DNA of 64,000 bases from a candidate division WOR-3 bacterium. GTDB lineage: Bacteria; Hydrothermota; Hydrothermia; LBFQ01. A model generated the notes under the pieces. The model was not told where the DNA came from and did no database searches. It was given only the letters and a program-made list of their open reading frames with translations. The translations under genes were made by a program, and so were the position numbers. The stretch spans positions 41,464-105,463 of the forward strand of contig JALUCS010000083.1 of assembly GCA_027050205.1 (NCBI GenBank). The letters run 5' to 3'. This document shows, one piece after another, positions 51,043 through 61,924 of the stretch. The first letter of the stretch is position 1. The number at the start of each line of letters is the position of its first letter.

Positions 51043-51827
51043 TCAGGCTCGTAGGACTGCCCTTTGAGACGGAGGCCAACTTCCTCCGAGGTGCGGCCCT
51101 CGGAGCCTCTCACCTAAGGTGGCATATGTGGGGCATAGACGAGTACAGCCCCCTGCAGAGGGCGAAACTCCCGGAGTACGAGGATGCGGGGGACCTGTGG
51201 CTCAACTTTGACCTCCCCCCGAAGGAGAGGCTGGAGCGGATGGAGGACCACCTGAAAGCCCTATTCTCCCGCTACCCACCCCAAAGCCAACCCTACCTCT
51301 TCCTCGGCGGGGACCACACCGTAACCTGGGCGACCGCGAGGGCCTTGAGGGGGGCAGTGGGGGAGTTTGCCATCCTCCATTTGGACGCCCACCTTGACCG
51401 CTGGGACGACTACGGCGGCAGGTTCTCCCATGCTACGGTTATGAGGAGGCTTGAGGAGGAGGGCTTTACGATCGGGACCTTCGGCTACAGGACGGTCGGC
51501 AGTCAGGAGTATATCCCCCGGTACGGTGAGATGTACTCCCTCAAGGGGGTGAAGGGGTTCGTAGAGAGGTACGGGAAGGTCTTCCTATCGTTAGACCTGG
51601 ACGTCCTTGACCCCTCCGAGTTCCCCTGTGTAAGCAACCCGGAGCCTATGGGCGTAAGGTTCTCCGAGTTGATGGAGGTCCTCCTATCCCTCAAGGGGAA
51701 ACTCTTAGGGGTGGAGGTGGTGGAGTACCTACCCACGTTGGATACCTCCCACCGTTGCGGGAGCGTCGGGGCGGTCCTCCTTAGGGAGGTGATGATCCTC
51801 CTCTCGGCGTCCCAACCGCAGCGTTAG
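51039..51827 (+). CDS. speB: Agmatinase/arginase-family ureohydrolase
   Basis: GGDHT, DAHLD, SHAT, SLDLDVLDP, NPEP. Confidence 0.82.
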   Translation: MIRLVGLPFETEANFLRGAALGASHLRWHMWGIDEYSPLQRAKLPEYEDAGDLWLNFDLPPKERLERMEDHLKALFSRYPPQSQPYLFLGGDHTVTWATARALRGAVGEFAILHLDAHLDRWDDYGGRFSHATVMRRLEEEGFTIGTFGYRTVGSQEYIPRYGEMYSLKGVKGFVERYGKVFLSLDLDVLDPSEFPCVSNPEPMGVRFSELMEVLLSLKGKLLGVEVVEYLPTLDTSHRCGSVGAVLLREVMILLSASQPQR

Positions 51828-51837
51828 AATATACGCT

Positions 51838-52395
51838 ATGAACGACGTTTATAGGGAAATGGAGGACTCTATGAAAAAGGCCGTAGAGTACCTCAAGCGG
51901 GAGCTGTCCAAGATCCAGGTCGGCCGTCCCAACCCCGCCATCCTTGAGGGCGTCAAGGTAGACTACTACGGTCAGAAGGTACCCATCCGCCAGATAGCCG
52001 GCATAAACGTCCATCCCCAGGAGAGCGCCCTCGTCGTGCAGCCTTGGGATCCCTCCGCCATAGGCAACATAGAGAACGCCATCCGGGCCGCCAACCTCGG
52101 CCTCAACCCCATACGGGAGGGTAAGGTCCTGAAGGTCCCCATCCCCCAGCCTTCGGAGGAGAGGAGGAGGGAGCTCCTGAAGCTCGCCCGACACCTCGCC
52201 GAGGAGACCCGCATCCACATCCGGAACGCCCGCCGTGAGGCCATAGAGCAGGTGAGGGAGATGGAGAAGGCCAAGGAGATCACGGAGGACGACCGCTTCC
52301 GCGCCGAGAAGGAGATCCAGAAGATAACCGACAGGTACATAGAGCAGGTCAACGAGATACTCAAGAAGAAGGAAAAGGAAATACTTGAAGGGTAA
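51838..52395 (+). CDS. frr: Ribosome recycling factor
   Basis: GRPNP, VDYYG, LGLNP, IRNARR, IQKITD. Confidence 0.96.
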   Translation: MNDVYREMEDSMKKAVEYLKRELSKIQVGRPNPAILEGVKVDYYGQKVPIRQIAGINVHPQESALVVQPWDPSAIGNIENAIRAANLGLNPIREGKVLKVPIPQPSEERRRELLKLARHLAEETRIHIRNARREAIEQVREMEKAKEITEDDRFRAEKEIQKITDRYIEQVNEILKKKEKEILEG

Positions 52396-53074
52396 GATCC
52401 CGCTACACGTCGGCATCATAATGGATGGCAACGGGCGGTGGGCGCAGAGGAGGGGCCTGCCGCGGGTGATGGGCCACAAGGTGGGGGTGGAGTCCGTAAG
52501 GTCCGTAATCAGGGCGGCGAAGAAGGCCGGTGTCAGGTACCTGACGCTCTACACCTTCTCCTCGGAGAACTGGCAGAGGCCGGCCGAGGAGGTGGGGGCG
52601 CTGATGTACATGCTGAAGTTGCTCTTGAGGCGGGAGATAAGGAACCTCAACCACCTCGGCGTCCAGGTCAGGGCCATCGGGGAACTCCACCTCCTCCCGC
52701 CCGACGTGCGGGAAGTCTTAGACTACGCCATAAAGGAGACGGCCAAGAACGGCGAGCTTATCCTTACCCTCGCCCTCTCCTACGGGGGGAGGAGGGAGAT
52801 CGTATCCGCCGTCAATCGTGCGATAGAGGCGGGGGTGAGGGAGGTGGACGAGGAGAGTTTCCGCCGGTTCCTCTACGACCCCGACCTCCCTGACGTGGAC
52901 CTCGTCATAAGGACGGCGGGGGAGTACAGGCTGTCCAATTTCCTGCTGTGGCAGTCGGCCTACGCCGAGCTGTACTTCACGGACACCCTCTGGCCGGACT
53001 TCCGCGAAGAGGACTTCTTCAAGGCCCTTGAGGACTACGCCAAGAGGGTTAGGAAGTTTGGGAAGGTTCTCTGA
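52385..53074 (+). CDS. uppS: Undecaprenyl diphosphate synthase
   Basis: HVGIIMDGNGRWA, FSSENWQRP, RLSNFLLWQ. Confidence 0.96.
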   Translation: MKGKIPLHVGIIMDGNGRWAQRRGLPRVMGHKVGVESVRSVIRAAKKAGVRYLTLYTFSSENWQRPAEEVGALMYMLKLLLRREIRNLNHLGVQVRAIGELHLLPPDVREVLDYAIKETAKNGELILTLALSYGGRREIVSAVNRAIEAGVREVDEESFRRFLYDPDLPDVDLVIRTAGEYRLSNFLLWQSAYAELYFTDTLWPDFREEDFFKALEDYAKRVRKFGKVL

Positions 53075-53822
53075 CCTCCTCCCACGGGTGGTGGTGGCGG
53101 TCGTACTCATCGCCATCCTTGGGGGGAGCCTCTATCTGGGTGGCCTCGCCTTCCGGGTGGTCGTGTACGTGGCCGTCCTCTTGGTGTATTACGAGCTTTA
53201 CCGCCTCGTCGCTTTCAAGTTCAGCCTCGTCAGCTTCCTCGCCGGGGCGGTGGCCATATCCGCCGCCTTCTGGACGGGGAGCGTCGCCCTAACGGTCGTC
53301 CTCCTCGCCGTCTTTGGCCTCGCCAACTACCTAATGGGCTTCTCCGTAAAGGAGGCCTTCACCCTCATATCTGTAGCCGTCTTCATCCTCCTGCCGGCCT
53401 ACGTCGCCGTTAAGCTCCGGGAGGAGTCCGTTTGGCTCCTCGTCTACGTTATGACGTGCAACTGGTCCTCGGACACCTTTGCGTACTTCTCCGGCAAGCT
53501 CTTCGGCAAACACCGGATATTCCCACAGGTTAGCCGGGGAAAGACGCTGGAAGGGTACATCGGTGCTATAGTGGGGAGCGCCCTTGTGGGTGGCGTAATG
53601 GGGTACTTCCTCGGATACGACGTCCTTATGTCCGTCCTCGGAGGGGCCTACATCGGCCTCTTCGCACAGATAGGGGACCTCGTGGAGTCTGCCCTGAAGA
53701 GGGAGAAGGGGGTAAAGGACTCCGGGAAGCTCCTCCCCGGCCACGGGGGACTCCTGGACAGGGTGGATAGCCTCCTCCTCTCCCTGCCGGCCTTCTGGGT
53801 GGTGAGGGACCTCTTCTTCTAA
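53058..53822 (+). CDS. cdsA: Phosphatidate cytidylyltransferase
   Basis: SDTFAYF, KTLEG, GDLVESALKR..KDSG..PGHGGLLDRVDS. Confidence 0.93.
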   Translation: MGRFSDLLPRVVVAVVLIAILGGSLYLGGLAFRVVVYVAVLLVYYELYRLVAFKFSLVSFLAGAVAISAAFWTGSVALTVVLLAVFGLANYLMGFSVKEAFTLISVAVFILLPAYVAVKLREESVWLLVYVMTCNWSSDTFAYFSGKLFGKHRIFPQVSRGKTLEGYIGAIVGSALVGGVMGYFLGYDVLMSVLGGAYIGLFAQIGDLVESALKREKGVKDSGKLLPGHGGLLDRVDSLLLSLPAFWVVRDLFF

Positions 53823-53844
53823 AGACGCCTGTAGAATCGCCGTT

Positions 53845-54546
53845 ATGAAGGTAGCCATAATAACGGGTGGAACGAGAGGTATAGGTCTCGCGACGGCGAG
53901 GGTCCTCAAGGGGGAGGGATGGTCCCTAACCCTCGTGAGCAGGAAGCCTCCGGAGAGCCTAAAAGGGGAGTTCCCGGAGGACCTGATCCTCGCCGCCGAC
54001 GTCTCCAGGCCAGAGGCGGCCCAAGAGGTCGTAAAGGCCACCTACGAGAGGTTCGGCGGAATAGACGCCCTCGTCAACAACGCCGGTATAACCTTGGACA
54101 AGCCCCTAATAAGGATAAGCGATAGCGACCTTGAGAGGATCTTCCGAGTGAACCTCTTCTCCGCCTTCCACTTTTCAAAGGCCGTCCTCCGTTATATGAA
54201 GCGGGGAGGGGTGATTGTAAACGTCTCCTCCGTCGTTGGCATTACGGGGAACTCGTGGCAAACGGCCTACGCCGCCACCAAGGCCGGACTGATAGCCCTC
54301 ACCAAGTCCCTGGCTAAGGAGATGGGTAGGAGGAACGTCAGGGTGGTGGCCGTCGCCCCCGGCTTCATAGAGACCAGTATGACCGAGGAGCTGCCCGAAG
54401 AGGTCAAGAGGAGGTACATAGAGGGTACGGCCCTCGGTCGTCCGGGCAAACCGGAGGAGGTGGCCAACGTCATAGCCTTCCTCCTCTCCGACCGCGCCTC
54501 CTACATCACGGGACAGGTGATGGTGGTCGACGGGGGTTTGATATAG
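53845..54546 (+). CDS. fabG: 3-oxoacyl-ACP reductase (SDR)
   Basis: TGGTRGIG, NNAGIT, YAATK, PGFIET, ITGQV..VDGG. Confidence 0.85.
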   Translation: MKVAIITGGTRGIGLATARVLKGEGWSLTLVSRKPPESLKGEFPEDLILAADVSRPEAAQEVVKATYERFGGIDALVNNAGITLDKPLIRISDSDLERIFRVNLFSAFHFSKAVLRYMKRGGVIVNVSSVVGITGNSWQTAYAATKAGLIALTKSLAKEMGRRNVRVVAVAPGFIETSMTEELPEEVKRRYIEGTALGRPGKPEEVANVIAFLLSDRASYITGQVMVVDGGLI

Positions 54547-54576
54547 CGGCGGTTCCGCCTATATAATATTCACCGT

Positions 54577-54828
54577 ATGACGAGAAGAGACTTCCTGAAA
54601 GGTTTCGTAGGGATGCTCGCTCTCTTGAGCTTCGGTAAGCTCTTCGCCTCTAAGGGTGGGGAGCTGGTCCTCAACGAGACGGGAATGAGGGTCTACCGCG
54701 GCTACCTCTCCGGACGGAACGCCGAGCAGATAGCGAGCGACCTCGTGGCCGAGTACGAAGTTAGCTACGAGACGGCCCTCCGTGATACGAAAGAGTTTAT
54801 CCGTACTCTCCGCTCTATGGGTATTTAG
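54577..54828 (+). CDS. Tat-signal-fused PqqD/RRE-like small protein
   Basis: TRRDFLK + h-region + LFA|S; LNETG..IASDLVAEYEVSYETALRDTKEFIRTLRSMGI; own TATAAT. Confidence 0.7.
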   Translation: MTRRDFLKGFVGMLALLSFGKLFASKGGELVLNETGMRVYRGYLSGRNAEQIASDLVAEYEVSYETALRDTKEFIRTLRSMGI

Positions 54829-55273
54829 CGGCTGCGTATACTCCTTCGGCGCCGGCCTACCCAAGGGTAAAGATAGGGTCTTCTTCGCTATACCCCGGAA
54901 CTCTACGGGGTACCCTCTGGTGCAGGATGTCAGTGTAGCGTACGGCTTCCAGATACTGAAGGCCGACGGTCGTTTGAGGCTCACCGACAGCTCTAAAGCC
55001 ACCATTATCCTGCAGACGGAATTTACCTCCTATACGAAGTCCCCCGACCGCTACGACAACACGGGTAAGGTCATAACCTACCGCCTGAACCTCTCCGGCA
55101 CCGTCAAGTTCGTAGATAAGGAGACCGGTGAGGACTTCGTCCCCCCCGCCCGGATAGGAGGCACCACCCTGTGGTCCCCCGACAACGAGAGCGAGGAGGA
55201 AGCCCTGAAGCGGGCCATGGCCGACTTCTACTCCCAGGCCCTAAGGCACCTCTTCTCCCATCTGGAATGGTAA
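54782..55273 (+). CDS. LptE-like LPS assembly lipoprotein
   Basis: Lipobox FSG|C-x-YSF, NST, YRLNL..VKFVD pattern. Confidence 0.65.
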   Translation: MIRKSLSVLSALWVFSGCVYSFGAGLPKGKDRVFFAIPRNSTGYPLVQDVSVAYGFQILKADGRLRLTDSSKATIILQTEFTSYTKSPDRYDNTGKVITYRLNLSGTVKFVDKETGEDFVPPARIGGTTLWSPDNESEEEALKRAMADFYSQALRHLFSHLEW

Positions 55274-56349
55274 GCGCCGTAGTCCTCGCCGCGGGTAAGG
55301 GGAGGCGGATAGGCCTCCGTAAGCAGTTTGCGAGGGTGGGGGGCCTCTACCTCTACGAGTTGAGCCTGAAGGTCATAAAGGGGGCGGGCATTGAGGACGT
55401 CGTCCTCGTCCTGCCGCCGGGGGAGAGGGTTGAGGTGGAGGGAGTCAAGACGGTTGAAGGAGGGGAGGAGAGGATGGATTCGGTCTATAACGGAGTTAAG
55501 GCGGCGAAAGGGGAGTTCGTCCTCGTACACGACAGCGCCCGTGCCAACCTATCTCCGGACGTCTTGAAGAGGGTCCTGGAGGCGGAGGGGGACTCCGTCG
55601 TTCCCGCCATCCCGTCCCCCGACTCCGTCCTCTACGATGGGAAGTATGCGCACAGGGACAGGGTCCTCCTCGTCCAGACCCCCCAGAAGGTCCGGCGGGA
55701 CCTTTACCTGAAGGCTTACCTTCGGGCCAAGGGGAAGGGAAAGGTCTATACGGACGAGGGGAGCCTCCTCCTCGGAGAGCTGGGTATAAGGCCGGTGGTG
55801 GTTGAGGGGGGCAGGTGGAACTTCAAGGTGACCTATCCGGAGGACTTAACCGTACTAAGGAGGTTGAAGTTGGAAAGGAGGGTTCTCTTCGGGTACGACG
55901 TCCATCGCCTCGCCGAGGGGCGTCCCCTCTACCTCGCCGGGGTGAAGGTGGCCGACGACCTCGGAGCCGTTGGCCACTCCGACGGGGATGCCATCCTCCA
56001 CGCCGTAGCAGACGCCCTCCTCTCCTTCCTCGGATACGGGGACATAGGGACGGTCTTCCCGGACAGCGACGAGAGGTGGAGGGGGGTAAGGAGTACCGTA
56101 TTCGCCGAGAAGGTCTTAGAACTCCTCCGGGAGAGGGGGATGGCCGTCTCCCGCCTTGACGTAACCGTCATTTTGGAGAGGCCGAAGTTGGGTCCCTTCA
56201 GGGAGGATATGATCAGGAGCCTCTCTTCCCTCTTCTCCGTACCCAAGGAGGCCGTATCCCTAAAGGCCAAGTCCGGGAACGGTCTCTACCCCGGTAGGGT
56301 GGAGGTCTTCGCCCTGGTTGAGGTTCAGACGATCTCCGGCTTAAAATAG
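55267..56349 (+). CDS. ispDF: Bifunctional IspD/IspF (MEP pathway)
   Basis: LAAGKGRR, GGEERMDSV, HDSAR, QTPQ, KVTYPEDL; GYDVH, GHSDGD..HA..DALL, GDIG..FPD. Confidence 0.92.
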   Translation: MVSAVVLAAGKGRRIGLRKQFARVGGLYLYELSLKVIKGAGIEDVVLVLPPGERVEVEGVKTVEGGEERMDSVYNGVKAAKGEFVLVHDSARANLSPDVLKRVLEAEGDSVVPAIPSPDSVLYDGKYAHRDRVLLVQTPQKVRRDLYLKAYLRAKGKGKVYTDEGSLLLGELGIRPVVVEGGRWNFKVTYPEDLTVLRRLKLERRVLFGYDVHRLAEGRPLYLAGVKVADDLGAVGHSDGDAILHAVADALLSFLGYGDIGTVFPDSDERWRGVRSTVFAEKVLELLRERGMAVSRLDVTVILERPKLGPFREDMIRSLSSLFSVPKEAVSLKAKSGNGLYPGRVEVFALVEVQTISGLK

Positions 56350-56354
56350 ACACC

Positions 56355-57701
56355 GTGTCCCATCAGATCAGCCGCATTCTCGTGGCCAACAGGGGTGAGA
56401 TAGCCGTAAGGATCATACAGGCGGCGAGGGAGTTGGGTATAGAGACTATTGCCGTCTACAGCGAGGCGGACGAGGACAGCCTCCACGTTCAACTGGCCGA
56501 CTACGCCGTCTGCATAGGGGGGCCGTCCCCACAGGAGAGCTACCTCAACGTCCCGAACATAATAGCAGCAGCCGAGGCGTGGGGGGCGGACGCCATCCAT
56601 CCCGGCTACGGCTTCCTCGCCGAGAACCCCACCTTCGCCCGGATAGTTGAATCCCACGGCCTCGTATTCATAGGACCACGGCCGGAGCATATAGAGTTGA
56701 TGGGGGACAAGGTGGAGGCGAAACGCATAGCCAAGAGGGCGGGGGTACCCCTCGTGCCGGGGACGGATACGCCCGTTGAGAGCGTAGAGGAGGCCAAGAG
56801 GATAGCCGCCGAGATAGGCTACCCCGTACTCCTCAAGGCAGCCGCCGGTGGAGGGGGCAGGGGGATGAGAGTGGTTGAGAGCGAGAGGGAGATGGAGAGC
56901 CGGTTCCTCGCGGCTTCATCGGAGGCCGAAGCGGCCTTCGGGGACGGTAGGCTCTACCTTGAGAAGTTCATAATGAGGCCGAAGCACATAGAGGTGCAGG
57001 TCTTCGGGGACGAGTACGGGAACGCCACCCACCTGTACGAGAGGGAATGCTCCCTTCAGAGGAGACATCAGAAGGTCTTGGAGGAGGCTCCCAGCCCGTC
57101 CATAGGTGAGGAGGAGCGGGAGAGGGTCATAGACTACGCCCTCCGCCTCGTCAGGGAGATAGGCTACAGGAACGCCGGGACGGTGGAGTTCCTCTACGAT
57201 GGCGAGGGGAACTTCTACTTTATAGAGATGAACACGCGGGTACAGGTGGAGCATCCCGTGACGGAGATGATAACCGGCATAGACGTAATCAAGACCCAGA
57301 TACTGTTGGCCATGGGGGAGAAACTCCCCTTCAACGGGGACGAGATACCCATAAACGGCCACTCCATAGAGGCCCGCATAAACGCCGAGGATCCGGACAG
57401 GGGATTCGCCCCATCGCCGGGGAGGGTGGAACTACTCCACAAGCCCGGAGGCTTCGGTGTGAGGGTAGATTCCCACGTCTACCAAGGGTACGTAATCCCC
57501 CCGTACTACGACTCTATGGTCGCCAAGCTCATAACCTGGGGTAGGGACAGGGACGAGGCTATAAGCCGTATGAGGAGGGCGCTGGGCGAGTTCGTCCTTG
57601 AGGGTATCAAGACCAACATACCCCTGCATCTGCGCATCCTTGAGCGACGGGAGTTCCTTGAGGGTAAGTTCTACACCGACTCCTTGGAGAGATGGGTCTG
57701 A
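56355..57701 (+). CDS. accC: Biotin carboxylase
   Basis: ANRGEIA, HPGYGFLAEN, GGGGRGMR, RECSLQRRHQK, EMNTRVQVEHPVTE. Confidence 0.95.
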   Translation: MSHQISRILVANRGEIAVRIIQAARELGIETIAVYSEADEDSLHVQLADYAVCIGGPSPQESYLNVPNIIAAAEAWGADAIHPGYGFLAENPTFARIVESHGLVFIGPRPEHIELMGDKVEAKRIAKRAGVPLVPGTDTPVESVEEAKRIAAEIGYPVLLKAAAGGGGRGMRVVESEREMESRFLAASSEAEAAFGDGRLYLEKFIMRPKHIEVQVFGDEYGNATHLYERECSLQRRHQKVLEEAPSPSIGEEERERVIDYALRLVREIGYRNAGTVEFLYDGEGNFYFIEMNTRVQVEHPVTEMITGIDVIKTQILLAMGEKLPFNGDEIPINGHSIEARINAEDPDRGFAPSPGRVELLHKPGGFGVRVDSHVYQGYVIPPYYDSMVAKLITWGRDRDEAISRMRRALGEFVLEGIKTNIPLHLRILERREFLEGKFYTDSLERWV

Positions 57702-58441
57702 TAGTCTCAACCCTTGAGGCCGTGGGCGAGTTCGCCCTCCTCCTTTGGAACACCATCAAGGCCGTCAGGGAGGCCCACCGGAGTCTCGGTGAGATAGTCA
57801 GGCAGATAGCCTCCATAGGGTACGGCTCCCTCCTAATAGTGATAGGCAGTTCCACCTTCGTAGGACTCGTTTCGGGAGTCCTCATATCCTACCAGATAAA
57901 GGACTACGTCCCCGCCAACATCATTGGCCTTGGGATATGGAAGGGTGTATCAACCGAGTTGGCTCCCGTCCTCACGGCCCTGGTCGTAGCCGGAAGGGTA
58001 GGCGGAGGTCTGGCCTCGGAGATAGGCACCATGAGGGTGACGGAGCAGATAGACGCCCTTGAGGTTATGGGGATAAACCCCTACAGGTTCATAGTGCTGC
58101 CCCGCCTCATCGCTGGGATGATCTCCATCCCCCTCCTGACCATCGTCGCCACCTTTATAGCCGTCCTGTCCGCTCTCTTCCTCACGGTCTTCGTGTACGG
58201 CCTCCCCGCCAACCCCATCCTCAACGGTATAAAGGGGAGCTTCCTACCCAAGGACCTAATAGTCGGCGGCACCAAATCCTTCGTCTTCGGGGCCATCATA
58301 TCCCTAGTAAGTTGCTACTTCGGGTACTACACCAGAGGGGGAGCGGTGGGGGTGGGACGCTCCGCCATGAACTCCGTCGTGGCTTCCGCGATACTTATAC
58401 TTGCTGCGGACTTTCTCATATCTATGTACTTCTACTCCTGA
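57692..58441 (+). CDS. mlaE: MlaE-family ABC permease
   Basis: ELAPVLTAL..AGRVG..EIGTMRVTEQIDALEVMG, GGAVGVG. Confidence 0.9.
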   Translation: MGLIVSTLEAVGEFALLLWNTIKAVREAHRSLGEIVRQIASIGYGSLLIVIGSSTFVGLVSGVLISYQIKDYVPANIIGLGIWKGVSTELAPVLTALVVAGRVGGGLASEIGTMRVTEQIDALEVMGINPYRFIVLPRLIAGMISIPLLTIVATFIAVLSALFLTVFVYGLPANPILNGIKGSFLPKDLIVGGTKSFVFGAIISLVSCYFGYYTRGGAVGVGRSAMNSVVASAILILAADFLISMYFYS

Positions 58442-58583
58442 TGCGGAGACCACCATTAACCGCACATCTGGCAATTTAAACACTTCTACGGATTCATTGA
58501 TCAGCAAACGGACATAGGAACGGCTCCCAAAGGCTGCATAGACCTTTCAAATCTCGCTGTATCGGGTGTATAATTCTTTCACC

Positions 58584-59876
58584 ATGATTGTGGGAGTGCT
58601 AAGTTGGGTTGTGCAACCCGTCCTAAACGACACCGTCTATGTGGGGGACACCTGCCCCGGCACGGCGGTGGATTCGGCTTTGTTGGGGGTGCCGTCGGCG
58701 TACGCCTGCGCCGACATAATGCTCGCCTTTGACCTTACCGGCTCCATGAGCGGGGAGCTTTCCTACGCCCAGGCCAACGCTAACGCCATAATGGACTCCC
58801 TAATGTCCTCCATACCCGACGTCCGGTTCGGGGTCGCCTCCCACATGGACTATCCGTCGTCTTATAACCATTGTGGCTATTCGTCCTCCTACGGTAGCGG
58901 TTCCTGTGGAGACTATCCCTACAGGTTGAACCTCGCCCTCACCTACGACACGGCCGCCGTTCGGGTTGCCGTAAACGCCCTATCTACGGCATGCGGTAGC
59001 GATGGTCCAGAGAGCTACGCCCGTCTCCTGTACGAGATGCTGTACGACACGGCTATAGGATGGAGGACGGAGTGCGCCCGTTTCGTCATCTTCTGGCTGG
59101 ACAACATCCCCCACGCCTGCGACCTCAACGACGCGAGTAGGCCATACTACTACAACACGGGCGTAGACCCCGGTAGGGACGCCTCGGCCGGCACGTCCGA
59201 CGACATATACTGGTACCCCCTCCTAAGGAGCCTCCGTACCGCCGGTATCCATCCGATCATTATGGTGAGCGCCTCCTACAGCTCCTATCTATCCGCCTGG
59301 CAGTACTGGATGGGGGATACCCTCGCCAACGGGATAGCCACCATAAGGGGTAGCGGTATAGCGCGGCAGATAGACTCCATCGTTGGGGCCACCTCCCTCG
59401 TGGTGGACTCCCTGTGGCCCGTAGTAAGGGAGACGGCTTACAGGCCCTGGGTCACCTTCACCCCTCCCTACTACACCGGCATAACCCTCACGCCTCCGGA
59501 GGACACCTTCTCCTTCGGCATAAACTTCACCGTACCCGCGACGGCTACGCCTGGCCTCCACACCTTCCACATAGACTACTACCGGGACGCCATAAGGGTG
59601 GATACGCAGTTGGTAAACCTGTGGGTGTACGACTGTACGGCCTCTTGGGATGATCCGACAGCGGTAGCAGAGAGGAGGGAGAGGTCGCTGTACGTAGCCG
59701 GGACCGTCTTGAACGTACCGGAGGGGTACGAGGTGGTGTTCTACTCTGCTGACGGTAAGAGGCTGCTTAAGTTGAGGAGGGGTAAGTACGACCTACGGAG
59801 GTACCTCCGTCCCGGGGTTTATCTTGGGATAGCAGAGGGAGAGAAGGTGGTGAGGTTCAAGGTAGTGATCCGGTAG
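58584..59876 (+). CDS. Secreted vWA-domain protein with T9SS-like CTD
   Basis: MIDAS DLTGSMS, GSDGPES, WR..ARFVI; YSADGK..PGVYL..KVVIR. Confidence 0.8.
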   Translation: MIVGVLSWVVQPVLNDTVYVGDTCPGTAVDSALLGVPSAYACADIMLAFDLTGSMSGELSYAQANANAIMDSLMSSIPDVRFGVASHMDYPSSYNHCGYSSSYGSGSCGDYPYRLNLALTYDTAAVRVAVNALSTACGSDGPESYARLLYEMLYDTAIGWRTECARFVIFWLDNIPHACDLNDASRPYYYNTGVDPGRDASAGTSDDIYWYPLLRSLRTAGIHPIIMVSASYSSYLSAWQYWMGDTLANGIATIRGSGIARQIDSIVGATSLVVDSLWPVVRETAYRPWVTFTPPYYTGITLTPPEDTFSFGINFTVPATATPGLHTFHIDYYRDAIRVDTQLVNLWVYDCTASWDDPTAVAERRERSLYVAGTVLNVPEGYEVVFYSADGKRLLKLRRGKYDLRRYLRPGVYLGIAEGEKVVRFKVVIR

Positions 59877-59896
59877 GGGTGGTAAGACGGTAAAAC

Positions 59897-59924
59897 AAAA
59901 GGGGGGCTTCAAGCCCCCCTTTTT
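59897..59924. terminator. Bidirectional intrinsic terminator
   Basis: AAAA-GGGGGGCT-tca-AGCCCCCC-TTTTT between convergent vWA gene and groEL. Confidence 0.88.
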
Positions 59925-59945
59925 CAACGGCGGGCCTTCCCCCGC

Positions 59946-61586
<1,641 letters not shown>

Positions 61587-61598
61587 TCACCTCCTTTT

Positions 61599-61904
<306 letters not shown>

Positions 61905-61924
61905 GGTCTTACCTCCTTCCTTAA

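Noticed and set aside
58594..58602. CIRCE half-site GAGTGCTAA
   Set aside because: Inside the vWA coding region with no matching left arm; likely chance
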